A stretch of 64,000 bases of DNA from Rhina ancylostomus. Its lineage: Eukaryota. Positions 13,642 to 26,289 of the stretch are shown piece after piece. Both the position numbers and the translations under genes were made by a program. How positions within the stretch are numbered: the first letter of the stretch is position 1; the number at the start of each line of letters is the position of its first letter. The DNA is taken from contig JARFYF010000094.1 in assembly GCA_030265395.1 (NCBI GenBank), positions 72,675,328-72,739,327 on the forward strand, read 5' to 3'. Under the pieces are notes generated by a model. The model saw only the letters and a list, made by a program, of their open reading frames with translations, was not told the origin of the DNA and did not search any database.

Positions 13642-16445
13642 GTCATAGAGTCTTAGAGTTGTACAGCATAGAAACAGGCTCTTTGGCCCACTGTGTCATT
13701 GCTGACCATCATGCCTTTCTATACTAATCCCACTTTCCCTGAATTAATTCCATATCCCTCCATACCTTGCTCATTCAAGAACCTATCCCGATGCCTCTTA
13801 ACGTTGTTACTCTCCTTCCTCCACTGTCTCCTCTGGCAGCTCATTCCAGATATCAACTGCACTTCATATGAAATATTTACCTCTCAGATCCCCTTGAAAC
13901 CTCTTCCCACTCACCTTAAACATATGCCCTCTAGTTTTAGTCACCTCCTACCATGGGAAACAGACTCTGGCTATCTACTCTATCTTTGCCTCACATGATT
14001 TTATATACCTCCATCATGTCACCTCTTGGCCTCTTTGCGCCAAGGTAAACAGTCCCAGCCTATCCATTCTCTCCTTTTAACTCAAGCCCATCAATCCAAG
14101 CAAAATCCTTGTGACTTTTCACTGTACTCTCTCTCGTTTAATCACATTTTTCCTGTAGTATGGTAACCAGAACACAATAGTCCAAGTGTAGCCTAACCAA
14201 TGTTTTGTATAACTGTAACATGACGTCCCAACTCTTGTATTCACTGTCTCGGCCAATAAAGACATGGTATATGCCTACTTCACCATATGGTCTACCTGTG
14301 TTACCATTTTCAGGGAACTATGTACTTGTACCCCTGGGTCTCTCTGTTCTACAACACTCCTCAGGGCCCTGGCATTTATTGTGTATGTCCTGCCCTGGTT
14401 TAACTTCCCAAAAAGCATCACTTCATGCTTTTCTGAGTAAATTCCATCTGCCATTCCTTTGCCAACTTTCCCAGTTGACCTAGATCCTGTTGTGACCTTA
14501 GACATCCTTCTTCACTGTCCACCACACCTCCAATTTTGATGTTATCTGCAGACTTACTAATCATGCCACCTACATTATCATCCAAATCATTAATATGTAT
14601 GACAAACAACAGAGGAGACAGCAATGATCCCTGTGGCACTCCACTGGTCACAGACCTCCAATTTGAAAAACAATCCTCCACTGCCACCCTCTGCCTCCCA
14701 CCATCAAGCCAATTTTGTATCCAATTGGCCAGCTCACCCTGGATTCCATGTGTTCTAACCTTTCAGACCAGCCTACAGTGCAGGACCTTGTCAAAGGCCT
14801 TGCTAAAATCCACGAAGACCATGTCTATCACCCTGCCTTCATTAATCCTTTTGGTCACCTTACCTCAACCAAATTCTTGAAGCATGATTTCCCACACAGA
14901 AAGCCATGCTGCCTATGCTCTTCTAGATGCAACTAAATCCTGTCTCACAGAATCTCTTCCAATAACTTAACCACCACTGACGTATGGGTCACTGGCCTAT
15001 AGTTCCTTGGCTTATCCCTACTGCCCTTCTTAAATAAAAGCATAACATTGGTTATCCACCAGTCCTCTCATACCTCATGTAGTTAATGAAGTTAAAAAAG
15101 TCTTTGCCAGGCCTCCAGCAATCTCCTCCCTTGCTTCCCAAAAAATTCTAGTACCCACCTGAGCAGGCTGCAGAGATTTAGCCACCTTTATGTGTTTCTG
15201 GACCTCCAACAGCTCCTCCGTCATAATGTTGATATGCTCCAGGGTATCACTGTTCCCTCCCCTGAGCTCACTAGCAACCATGTCCTCCTCCACCATAAAT
15301 ACAGATGAAAAGTATTAATTTAAGACCACATGGATTACCACATTAATCCTTAAGGAGACCTACTCTCTCCCTAGCTACCCTTTTACTTTTAATATATTTA
15401 TAGTATCTTTCAGGATTCTCCTTTATCATGACCCCTTTTTGCCCTCCTAATTTNNNNNNNNNNNNNNNNNNNNNNNNNNNNNNNNNNNNNNTCACTTGAT
15501 TCCAGCTGCCTATAGCTGACATACAGTATGCCCCCTTTTTCCTTACCAGATCCTAAATATATCTTGTCAGCCAAGTTTCCTGAATCTTGCCAGCCTTGTC
15601 CTCAGGAGAATACTGGCCCTGAACTGTTCCTCTGAGAGTTCTTGTCTGATATCATCAAAATTAGCCTTCCCCCAAGTTAGGACTTTTAACTTGAAGATCA
15701 GTTCTGTCACTTTCCATGGCCATTTTGAAACTAATAGAATTAAGTCACTGGTCCCAAATTGCCTCCCCACTAATATGTCCATCACTTGCCCAATATCATT
15801 TCATAAGAGGAGGTCAAGTGTAGCCCCTTCTGTAGTAGGGGCATGGCCATCTACATATTGATTCAAAGAGCTTTCCTGGATGCACCTAATAAATTCTGCC
15901 CCATCTAATCCTTCAGCACTAAGGCAGTGTTACTCAATAATAGGGAACTTAAGATCACCTACAGGTCCACCCCAAGTTATGAAGGCCGAACTTATGTACA
16001 ACTTGTATATACGAACAAGCATTTGAGAGACCGGTGGGATGGATTTGCCAGCTCCTGTGGGGGTTTCAGGCATCTTCTGTTGCCTGGGAACATGGTTTGT
16101 CATCGTTTTTCCAATTTGCAAACTGTTGAGATTATAAACAGTTCATGGGAATGGAACCCTGCTGTAGCCTATGTTCCGTAACCTGTACTATTACAATCCT
16201 ATTATTCCCTGTACATATGCTCCTCTATTTCCTGTTGACTATTGGTGAGCCTATAGTATAATCCCATCAAAGTGACCTCCCGTTTTTTATTTCTAAATTC
16301 CATCCATAATGACCTCACTGGGCATTCCCCTGATATGTCCCCTCAAGAGTAGTGGTGTGAGTTTTTCCCAGTCAGTAAGGCAGATCACCCTCCTTTCTTT
16401 GCTCCACCTCTGTCACACTGGAAGCATAGGTACCTTGGAACATTC
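13642..16445 (-). mobile_element. CR1 LINE, ~2.8 kb decayed ORF2 (endonuclease end to RT) plus 3' UTR and tail
   Basis: ORF 14418..14687(-) reads WRSVTSGVPQGSLLSPLLFVIHINDLDDNVGGMISKSADNIKIGG (PQG motif; FADD decayed to SADN). ORF 15567..15785(-) contains WGKANFDDIRQEL. The tail gtcatagagtcttagagttgtacagc is at 13642. There are many frameshifts and stops. Confidence 0.93.
15962..16185. mobile_element. 224-bp Tc1/mariner-type (Tigger/pogo-like) MITE inserted at TA inside the CR1
   Basis: Structure TA|CAGGT...ACCTG|TA. Removing it restores gggaacttaagatcaccTActattacaatcct, colinear with the uninterrupted CR1 copy at 63614-63645. Confidence 0.8.
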
Positions 16446-18404
16446 TTGCGAGTTTCCCTTGCATATTGATAACTGTATCAGTCCTGCTTCCTACTGTTAT
16501 TTTGCAAATGTTTCTCACCTTTTGTTCTGGAAAATCTAGAAGATGAATGGGACAAGGGTAGAAGGGCATGAAAATATCCAAGTTTTATGTCAAATTGCCT
16601 CATTTGTTCATGTTATGCAAAGGTTCAATCACTTGAAGATTGAGAAGCACTGCTTCCAAAGTTCAGTAATCTTGCAGAGTCCTCAACTTCTCCATTCAGC
16701 CACCACTAACAGAAGCCAGAGGATGTGCAGTGATTTTTAAAGCAACATGAATTATATGATGTCAATACTGAAATAAAACATCTGTTAAATCTGGAGTGGA
16801 AAGTATATGCCACACTTCTCAACAATAGTATTTCTAGAACCCTACCCCCACACATCATAGAATTCTTATAAAGTGATCAACCTTAAGAGTAATAAAAGAC
16901 CACTGTAAAGCAAAACTTGTGAAGTACAACAGATAAATCAAAATCAGGCACATTAGACGGTTGAATCTAAATTGTGCCCAGTTGGTTTCCGAAAAGCATA
17001 AAAGCTATCAATCTTCTACTGTTAATGGGGGATCTTGAAATCCACGTGATGTTTTTGTTATTAAATTTCAGTCTAATGGGTACTGCTAATACATTTTGAA
17101 GATTTTTGTAAAGTGCTGAATGTGTTCTGCAGCAGGATAATTTGAATGAAACATTAGCCAACCGTTTTACATGACTCAAGGGGGAATATTTACAATTACA
17201 CTTATAGCCAAAATTGAATTTAAATGGAATTTATATTATCTTTTCTTTTCTGGCAATCAGAATGAAGTGTATATGAAATACAGGTCTTTACCTTTCTAAA
17301 TGATTGTTTTGATAAGCTAATTTAATGTATTTCAATTGTGAGAATGGTTGAAAACTTTGATTTAAACTCCATCAACAACTCTTGTATGGTGCTAAGCTTA
17401 CAATAAAATTATGCTTTATTTATAATAAAGGTATCAATGTTAGTAAATATGACTTTACCAGGTGATATTTTTATGCTCATTTTGGACAAAATAATTTGTA
17501 TCAAACACCTTGTAGTTATTGAAATGCAAATATTTTTTGTAGTGATTCAAATAACAAAACTTAGTGTAGCAAACATTCATCAATGATATCATTTTTTATT
17601 TAATTATCATAACAAATGTTTGGCTGGATGTAGAGCTTGTTGATGTGAAATTAGAAAATGGATGGTTATAATACAATAAATTCATAATAAAGTAAGTTAG
17701 CAACTGTTATGAAAGATTATTTCTAGAGATTTCTTTCCACATAGTTCACTCACCAACAGCTTAGCAATAAAGGGAAATGGTTCCCTCGAGACATTTATGT
17801 ATTGAAATAAATGATATGCTGGAACAGAAATTTAATTAATTTGCAGAGTTTATTGATAACCTCTAGTTTCTTGGCAGTGTATGTTAATCTTTTCCTAACA
17901 TCTGCATTGTAATGTTTTAAAACAGTTTTCAAGAATGTGTCATGGATTGTGTGATAAAAGTAAATATGACCAAATACATTTTTGTGGAAAATATGTAAGA
18001 AAATTAGTTTGGGAAAGAGGCTTCCTGCTTTATTTAATATTGAAGTTTTCTCTGGCCTTTTGAATTTATTATTGCTATTACAACACATTATTTAGCCTTC
18101 AAGGATTGTTTGTTTCATATTTCAAGAATGTTAACATCATTGTGTTACACTGTTTATTAGTTGGACTAGCATAAATAATGTCAGCAGTTATTACTTAGAT
18201 CTTATAAGGTGCCAACCCTCCAGGTTTCTCATGGAGATTCCTAGAAATGAGCACAAATCTTTAAGACTTCGCTGCAAGCAGCTGTGGGAAGACTATGGAA
18301 CAGTAAAAAAATAATCTGAATAGTTTTCATTACTAATTGTAAAAAATATAGAACATATTATAAAATAAAACTGACCATCAGGGAGTATAAATAAAATATT
18401 ACAG

Positions 18405-18522
18405 ATGATAGATATCCAAAATAAAAATGTGAAAATGCTGAAAATATTCAGCACATCAAGCGGTGTCTAAGGAAAGAGAAACACGATTACCATTTCAGAT
18501 TGATGACATTTTGCCAGAACTG
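18405..18522 (+). repeat. Recurrent repeat arm (aaaatgctgaaaatattcagca...), probably a Penelope-like terminal repeat
   Basis: The same motif occurs at 27530, 28500, 36485 and 38310, and in reverse orientation at 38560-38690. Confidence 0.5.
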
Positions 18523-18864
18523 TTATATACTTAGAGTGTGCCCTAAATATTCTCTAAAATTCTACATCTTAATTTGAGGACTCCATGTCCTTTCCAATCT
18601 GGAGTTAAGGTGTACAAAGCTACAGCTCAAAACAAACCAGTGAAATAGCTGCAGCAATCTCCAAATGGCCCATTTTGTGTTTCCTATTTTTGAGAGATTG
18701 GTGATTTCGAGAGAATGTAGATTGGTGCTCAAATTAGTCATTTAAAATGAATTATAAGCCAATTATTTGCTTTATTTTGTGACAGAAGAACAAATAGAGA
18801 TGAGCTTTTTATAGGATTTTACATGAATCCATATTTCGTCCTGTAAGATTAAGACAAAAATATC

Positions 18865-18990
18865 AGTATTTACATGGTTTCTTTCAGATGTCAGAACTGA
18901 TTTACAGCCAATGAGGTGTGATGTGTATTCACTGTAATAATATAGGAAACATGGCAATCAATTTGCACAAAGAGAGCTCCCAAACAAGTA
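18865..18990 (-). mobile_element. Deu-domain SINE 3' fragment
   Basis: tttacagccaatgagg...cactgtaataatataggaaacatggcaatcaatttgcacaaagagagctcccaaac is the reverse complement of the Deu-SINE tail region. Confidence 0.55.
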
Positions 18991-20124
18991 TAAAACTAAT
19001 GCCTAGAACAGTTCAAAGTAAAAAGTATAAATTGTAGTAAAGCTGATAACCTGGATTCACGTTTCAAAATGATTTTTTTCAGAGTTGACTAACTCTAACA
19101 TTAGAAGAAAAAGATAGATATCTCAGTGACGTTCTTATGTTAAACCCTGTAAATTGAGCTGGTTGCATGCAGTTTGATTAATGTCCCAAGGCTTGGCTAA
19201 TCTAATCAACCTGTTCAGACAGGGAATTGTCAATCAAACTTTCTCTTGCGTGTGGAACCTTTGGCTATTTAAATGAACATGATTGAACGAATGATGAACA
19301 TGTCAATGTTAAATCTTATGTGTAAGTTTGTTCAGAATATGTTGGTGCAAATCATAACCTCAAACTATGTGAGACACAGGTTCTATTTCATTCATTTCCA
19401 TCAGTAAATTGAATAACAAGCAAAATTAATCCTTAATAAATAGTCTGTATGGGTAGTTGGTGTAGATGGCCCTTACATTTGAGTGTTGAATCTTTAGTAG
19501 TGACATATTGTGTGGTGTGTAGTTGGGAGATCACCGATTTCTCTAGGTCTAAGACTTCAAAGCAGGTTTTCATTAGTACAAATGAAGGAACCAAAAGTTA
19601 AGCAGACTGGAATAGTTATTTGACAATGACAAAAAATAATTTTGATCAATGTGAAGCACATTAAGGAAATTGAATATATGAATGGAAAAGATGTTCCACT
19701 GGCATAACCAAGGGCAGGAACAACTAGTATAACCCAGAATTTGCAATCAGCAGAGAGGCAGTGGTATTCCTTATAATCTTGAAATTAGCTCCTCAAAAAT
19801 CTGGTGAGAACAGCTTCTCCTTTTTAAATGTCATCAAGATGCTTAAGACTTGTTAATTGGCTAAAGAGCATGTTCATTAAGGGATGAGTTAGGTTACAGA
19901 CTCCCTCCCTCCAGCCATTATACTATCCTTCAGACACAGCTGCCTTTTCACCTGAAGATGTTCTGCTCCGTTAGTCCCATCTGCCCCTGTTCTTGACTGT
20001 GTCCCAACCACACACTTAGCCCCATTCCTGACCAAGCTTTTTCTATGCTTCAGCTACACAAATAGCCCCACTTCTGTCTGCACACTTGCCCATGCCCAGG
20101 TGCCCAGCTCCCAGATGCATGACC

Positions 20125-20870
20125 AACAGCAAGCACCTTGAAGCACTGGAGAGATAGTACCAATGTTGTCTTCACAAAATCCTCCAAATCCACTTGCACG
20201 ATAAACCAACATCAGTGTTCCTTCCCAGGCTAAGATTTCCAGTATTGAGACCCTGACTACACCCAGTAGGCTCTTTTGGGCAAGCCGTGTTGTTCATGTA
20301 CCTGACAATAGAATCGTGAAACAGCCAGTTGATTCTGAGCTCTCATGGCTGGAGGTTGCCAACTGAATAGAGAAAAAGATTCACAATCTACCTTGTGTGA
20401 CCTTGCACCTTATTGCACTGCACTTTCTCTGTAGCTGTGACACTTTACTCTGTACTTTTATTATTTTTACCTGTACTNNNNNNNNNNNNNNNNNNNNNNN
20501 NNNNNNNNNNNNNNNNNNNNNNNNNNNNNNNNNNNNNNNNNNNNNNNNNNNNNNNNNNNNNNNNNNNNNNNNNNNNNNNNNNNNNNNNNNNNNNNNNNNN
20601 NNNNNNNNNNNNNNNNNNNNNNNNNNNNNNNNNNNNNNNNNNNNNNNNNNNNNNNNNNNNNNNNNNNNNNNNNNNNNNNNNNNNNNNNNNNNNNNNNNNN
20701 NNNNNNNNNNNNNNNNNNNNNNNNNNNNNNNNNNNNNNNNNNNNNNNNNNNNNNNGTCATTTGTGGTAGAGTGTGAGAGCCTCACATTGGCCTCATCAAT
20801 CACCTCAGAACCCACAGAACTGGAAAAGAAGCAAGTCATCTTCGATCCTGAGGTTCTGTGAAGAATGAAT
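20125..20870 (+). mobile_element. RTE (BovB-like) LINE 3' relic, interrupted
   Basis: 20130-20345 reads approximately KHLEALER..QCCLHKILQIH...SQAKISSIETL...WASRVVHVPDNRIVKQ. After the gap, CGRV....IGLINHLRTHRTG and gaagcaagtcatcttcgatcctgagg resemble an RTE C-terminus and 3' end. Confidence 0.75.
20381..20477 (+). mobile_element. Rex1/Babar-like LINE 3' UTR fragment running into an N gap
   Basis: tcacaatctaccttgtgtgaccttgcaccttattgcactgcactttctctgtagctgtgacac shares tcacaatctacc with the 34.8-kb copy. The family name is from recall. Confidence 0.55.
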
Positions 20871-21116
20871 AGATCTGAGATTTGATTTGATTTGCTGTAG
20901 AAGTGCAAGAAGAAACAAAATCTTTTTTTTGGGGAAATTAAATAACTGTTTCTGATTTTTGAAAGAAAAGGGCATGGAATTGACTTTGTTCACATGGTTA
21001 AAGTTTTAATAATTAATTAAAGTATGAAATGTTTATTTTGTAATCACTGATTTTCAAGTATTTGAAAGTGAACAATATGTAAGGTTTTCTTAATAATTAA
21101 TCTTTTTAATTTTTAG

Positions 21117-21185
21117 CAAAAGCAGACGAAGTATTAAAGGCGAAGGAAAGAAAAGAGGAAGATGCCAAAAAGAAAAAGGAGCAAG
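21117..21185 (+). CDS. RSRC1: RSRC1 internal coding exon (69 nt, phase 1 to phase 1), coiled-coil region
   Basis: Acceptor tctttttaatttttAG ends at 21116 and donor caag|GTaaca starts at 21186. The exon translates (A)KADEVLKAKERKEEDAKKKKEQ, matching remembered human RSRC1 [23 protein letters not shown]. It is absent from the ORF track because it is short. Confidence 0.93.
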
Positions 21186-22659
21186 GTAACAGAAATTCAT
21201 TTCAGTAAAATAGCATCCTTAATTTTACAGTGAATGTTATAAAATGCTGGTTCCCAATTTTTCAGAGACGTTGCCAATTTTAAATTAGGGGAAATAAATG
21301 ACTACTCATTTCCAATATGTAAAATAAGCTGAAAAAAGTGCACTAATGTGGTATAATTTAAATATTCTACTGTTTCAAGTTGGACACCTCTTTTTATTTT
21401 TGTGGGAGCACATTTGTTTTTAAATCTTGACAACAACATTTATGTGTTGTGTTCTCCCAAATGTATTTTCTAGAAAAAAAGAAGAGAAATTAGGTACAAT
21501 ACACAAGAAATATGTTTAAGATATGTGCTAACATAAACTTGCTTTCTCACAGGTTGTCTTTTTTGAAAGTGGTTTTTGGATGAGACAGCTTCTCCACTGC
21601 CAGAATCATTGGAGATGGCTACATGCTGCCTCCTTGCTTTCAGGGTCCATTAAGAAGAGAATAATTTGCGTGAAATAGCTCCCATAGCACCACAGATGTA
21701 GAGGGTTTTTTTAATATAGAAAGTAAAGTTATAAAATATATGGAATTTGCAGATGTTTCAAGAAAGTATCATTTGTTGAAATTTGAGAACTCAGCCTTCA
21801 AGTACTTGTTTGAACAAAATGTATATTTCATTNNNNNNNNNNNNNNNNATCGTGTAACGTGTACAGAAAGTGCTTGGTCGTTCTGACACGTTGCAAGAGT
21901 TGGCTTCATGTACTGTCTGAGATTTAGTTTCAAGTATTGTCTGGAGCCCAAAAAGGAGTTGAGTTTCTATTACGTTCTCAGTCTTGGCAACTTTTTAAAC
22001 TTCAGATCCAGGTGATGGTTCGAAGATAATGGACAGATTTTGTAGGGAAATGCTGGCTGTTTTGTGTGGAGCAGTTGACAGTTCCTGCATAGATGCCAGA
22101 AGTTTGGCATTGCTGTGCATGTGTATGCAAGCATGGATGTCACTGACTTGCTGACAGCCACTGACCAGTCTTTTGCTTACTACATTATGACATCGGACTT
22201 CGAATGGTGTTTGAAGTTGTATCACTTACAGCAGAAAATCCACTGGAACTGGTGGAAGGAACTATTCTCCATTAATTTCAATGGAGTAGACAGCCTTGAG
22301 GGATTGGGTATTAATATTTCTAGATTTCTTTAAGTTTAATAGATCTAAGTGTTTTTAACTGCCTCAAGTATTCTTAAGCATTTCAGTTTTAGAATCATCC
22401 AAAATTTCTGGCAGCCTGGAAAGTTGGGGGCATGCAAAGCTTTTCTCAGCAATTTTGGGAACTGAGTTTTTTCTGGACAGTATATAATGACAATTGTATT
22501 GTAGGAAAACCTGTTGGTGCAGAAGGCTTTGCCACTGAGAATTTGAAGAGTTTCTTTTGGCAAGCCAATTTATTCAACACCAACCACATGTTGACAAGTT
22601 CTCACCATGTGCACTGCACAAATTAAGTCATCTTTGGTAGTTAAGTGGTAAATGCAAGC

Positions 22660-23460
22660 AACTTGCTGTTCACCAAGCATTCTGAACCAAAGTTAACAAA
22701 TTGAAGAAAATGTCAATGAGTGAAATTTGGTTGATGTGGAATAAATCACATTTCAAAAAGTCTTTGATAAAATGTCACATAATTAGCCTGTCACCAGCAT
22801 CAGGTTTATTATCACTGACTTGTATGACGTGAAATGTTTTGTAGGAATAGTATAGTCCAAAGACGACAAATTACTATAAACTACAAAATAAATAAATAGT
22901 GCAAAAAAACGGCTCAGAGTGCATAAAATAAAAGGGGCTTTGGCAGCAGCTATGAAAATACTGGCAAAATAAAAGGAACCAGCAAATGGTTGTTTTTCAG
23001 ACTGGAGGAGAGTGTGCAGGGCAGTTCACCGGGGTCAATACTAGGAGCACTGCTTTTCTTAATGTAGATTATTATTAACTTGGACTTGTACCTGCAGGAC
23101 ACGATTTCCAACTCTGCAGATGACACAAAACTGTGTAGTTAACTGTAAGGAGGACAATAAAAGTCTTCAAAAGGAAATACAGACAGATTGGAATGAATGA
23201 CTCGATGACATGAATTTTAATGCTGAGAAACGTGAAGTGTTGCATTGTGTTGGAAGAATGAAAAGGCATGATTTAAACCGGAGGGCACATTTCTGAAAGG
23301 GGTATAAGAATGTACAGGGATAGTAGTGGAGGTAGATTCAGCACAGCATTCAAAAGCGAGTTGGATATTCATCTGAATGGAAAGAATTTGCAGAGCTGCA
23401 GGAAGACGTTGGAGTGGTGTGACTAAATGGGTTGATCTTTCATGGACTCTTATTCTGTGT
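22660..23460 (+). mobile_element. Old CR1 RT relic, interrupted at ~22.8-22.9 kb
   Basis: tttcaaaaagtctttgataaaatgtcacat (FQKxFDKxxH), tcagactggagg...ggggtcaatactagg, and ctctgcagatgacacaaaact (ADDTKL). Confidence 0.7.
22798..22910 (-). mobile_element. Short antisense Rex/Babar-like LINE 3' tail inserted in the CR1 relic
   Basis: catcaggtttattatcactgacttgtatgacgtgaaatg...aaataaataaatagtgcaaaaaaacgg breaks the colinearity of the CR1. Confidence 0.55.
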
Positions 23461-25556
23461 GAAGTAATCAGCAAGTCAGGCTGGCTGCAAAGACAGAAAT
23501 AGACGTATTAAATTAGACTGAATACTTTTCATCCTGATTACTTTTCATCAGCATCTTGTTTCAGGGAANNNNNNNNNNNNNNCAGAGAGGTTTCACCACT
23601 GAAGGAGAATGCAGGCTCATGGCTGTGGCAGCATCCAGCATAATTAGGAGTCAAGAAGGAAAGAAAGTTTGCTCTGTGGCTCATTTAGCTAAAACTGTTG
23701 ACTCTGCATCAGAAAATGTTTTAAGAACATTCTTATTCTTAAAAAAAAGTTTGAGGGTTTTAGCCTTTTGGAAGTTAATCAAATTCCAATTCAATACTAA
23801 GTTCCAAGCTTTTGCATGATGGATTTTCACAGTTGGTTTCAGTATATTGATAATTAAGCAATGATCTACACCTAGTAAAATCTACAGTGGGTTGAAGTTG
23901 GTGAGGGAGCTCTTTGGACCTCTCTTGACAGAAGAATTTTTTTAGTCTACATTAATAGGAAAGACTTTCCACCTGGCTGCCAGTAATTTTGATGGACTTA
24001 GCCATGTTTCTTCAAGTAGATATGGAAAATGGTGAGGTTTGTTTACCATATGGGGACTTTTTTTGCCATTAGCTTTCTATTGTACACCTGTTTTAAAAAG
24101 TAGAATTTTATATCTTATAACATAAAACTTAAAGCACAACTAGATGTCTCTTTATTATTTGCCTATTTGCCATGGGGATTGGAATTCTGGGAAGCAGATA
24201 CGGAATTCACACATACCTGGTGCTATATTTCCCCACCTACACCTGCTTGCTTTGCTGGTTACCAAGTCAGAAGTAGCATTTGTTTGAGAATGAAAATATA
24301 TTCCTATTTTGATAACTGAGGCTTTTTAGATTGGACTGTTTGAGAAACTCCTCAGTTGTTTTGCCAAACTTAATCAAAAACAGAAAGTTGTAAATCTGTG
24401 GGCATAGGCATCTCCATGTCCCCAAGTTCCTTGATTGACATGCCTAATTGTGGATGGACAATGTTCAATGGGCTCTATGCCATGGGAAGTGGTGAAGCAT
24501 GTAATCTGAAATACTTGGGAAATGTTGAGCATGTACAGTGACCCTAGTAGTTTGGGTGGGGCTTTATTTCTCCAGTAACCTGGAGTTAGTCCAACGTTTC
24601 CAAACTCTAGTAGTTTTCATAAATTAACAAGGACACTGGATTATTTGTGGATAGTTCTTGGGTATGAAGGCAATTATTAGATTTGGAACACATACTTCCT
24701 ACTCTGAACAAATAACTGGGGAGTTTGCAGCTGAAGTAGTTAGGATTTTAGTCCAGCTCGGTCCTTTTTCCAGAGGTGTAATTATGTAGCGTATGTGGCA
24801 CACAATTACATAAAATTTGATCACATGAAAATTGATTGTTGAAATTTACATTTTATCTTATTGAACTTGGTTCCCCTGTAGCTTACAATCTCTTATCTGC
24901 AAATATCAGTCTTAAAACAGTGCTGAAATTAGCTTCTCGCTGCCTCCGGCAACTTAGAGGCTTTTTGACATTGGCGTTAAAGTCATTGGACTGCATCCTG
25001 TAGTTCAGCAGGAGCTGAATTGCAACTTTGTTTTCATGAGACTTTCACTTAATCATGGTCTTTACTCCAAAGCAGAATCATTAGTTTGAAAGCATTTCAA
25101 GGTTTAGTTTTGAGACTTAAATTGAAAGGGTGAAGGACATGAGTTTAAATATGTGACTTTTCACTTACATTTGTTTGAAAGCTTTCACCCATTATCAATC
25201 AGTTTTTTGCAGCGTTGAAACTGTTTCTCATTGTTTGCTGTAAAATGCAGCATCTTCATATAGCTCTGTCAAAATCAATTTTATTTGGAAATACTTATGG
25301 TTTCTTCTCAATATCAGACTATTTCACTTCCAATGAAAGAGCTGACATTTGTTTGAAAACAGATGTCTTGAAAGTATTTCTCAAAGTAGACAATACATCT
25401 TGACACTCCAGTCTCTACTTCCTTCTCAAATTTTCTCCTCGTCAGTAACGAGAAGTAGCCTGAGCTGATCATCCATCGAACTTGTCCTCTTTCCAACCCA
25501 GCAATTTAGAACAAAGACATTCCATGACACATTCCAACCATCTTTCAGATGTGGTA

Positions 25557-25901
25557 TGAAAGATATATGTGTCTAAACATTCCAAGGCAGTCTTTGAAAG
25601 CAGACAGAGGAGCATGCCACTAGACTAACCAAAATTTGTTGTTGAACTTCTGTCATAAAGAGAAGATATATTAAAGCTCCCGTAATCTGACATGCTTGGA
25701 ACTTTGGTTGTGCCGGATTAGCAAATTTTGAAAGGTATATGTGTCTAAACATTCCAAGGCAGTCTTTGAAAGGGGACAGAGGAGCATGCCACTAGACTAA
25801 CCAAAATTTGTTGTTGAACTTGTGTCCTAAAGAGAAGATATATTAAAGCTCCCGTAATCTGACATGCTTGGAACTTTGGTTGTGCCGGATTAGCAAATTT
25901 T
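25557..25901. repeat. Head-to-tail tandem duplication, period 172 bp, 2 copies
   Basis: Units start tgaaag(a/g)tatatgtgtctaaacattcc at 25557 and 25729. I count five substitutions and no indels. Confidence 0.95.
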
Positions 25902-26080
25902 CCAGACGGTTGCGTGTTATTCATGTGCGAGAACTGGAGCTTTGGTGAGTTGAATGGGAGCACAGGAACTGGGGTTCTAGTGAGTGGAAGGCATTGCAGC
26001 AAACATTACTTGGTGAGCCAGATGCTGAACCACCAGGTTTTCCAAATGGTCAGATGGCGAATTATCAAATTTTCATTGTA
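25840..26080. mobile_element. Degenerate Tc1/mariner-type MITE
   Basis: The left end tattaaagctcccgtaatctgacatgc and right end gatggcgaattatcaaattttcattgta are weak inverted repeats ending in TA. Confidence 0.4.
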
Positions 26081-26289
26081 TCTGAGCAGAGAAATTAACT
26101 TGTGTAAGATTAGCAGAGTGTTGTACAGACCAAAATTCTCATTAATATGGTGTAAAACAAATTTGGGCATGTGTCTGGAAGAGTTAGTACCAGTTTTAGA
26201 TATTGCATGGGTCTTTTTTTTATGAGAATTTCATGTACTGTGACACTACTTTTCTGGCCACCAGCTCACCTGAAATCTAAATCCAGGGC

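Larger units (their letters stand above)
1..21116 (+). other. RSRC1: 3' part of the upstream RSRC1 intron (begins before the window)
   Basis: No exon encoding the expected preceding peptide (...KLQLVLEAA) was recognised upstream of 21117. It could be hidden in an N gap. Confidence 0.7.

Noticed and set aside
20381-20908. Longest ORFs in the track (175 aa and 154 aa)
   Set aside because: They are artefacts of reading through a long N gap.
25557-25901. CRISPR-like or satellite array
   Set aside because: Only two contiguous 172-bp units, with no spacers.
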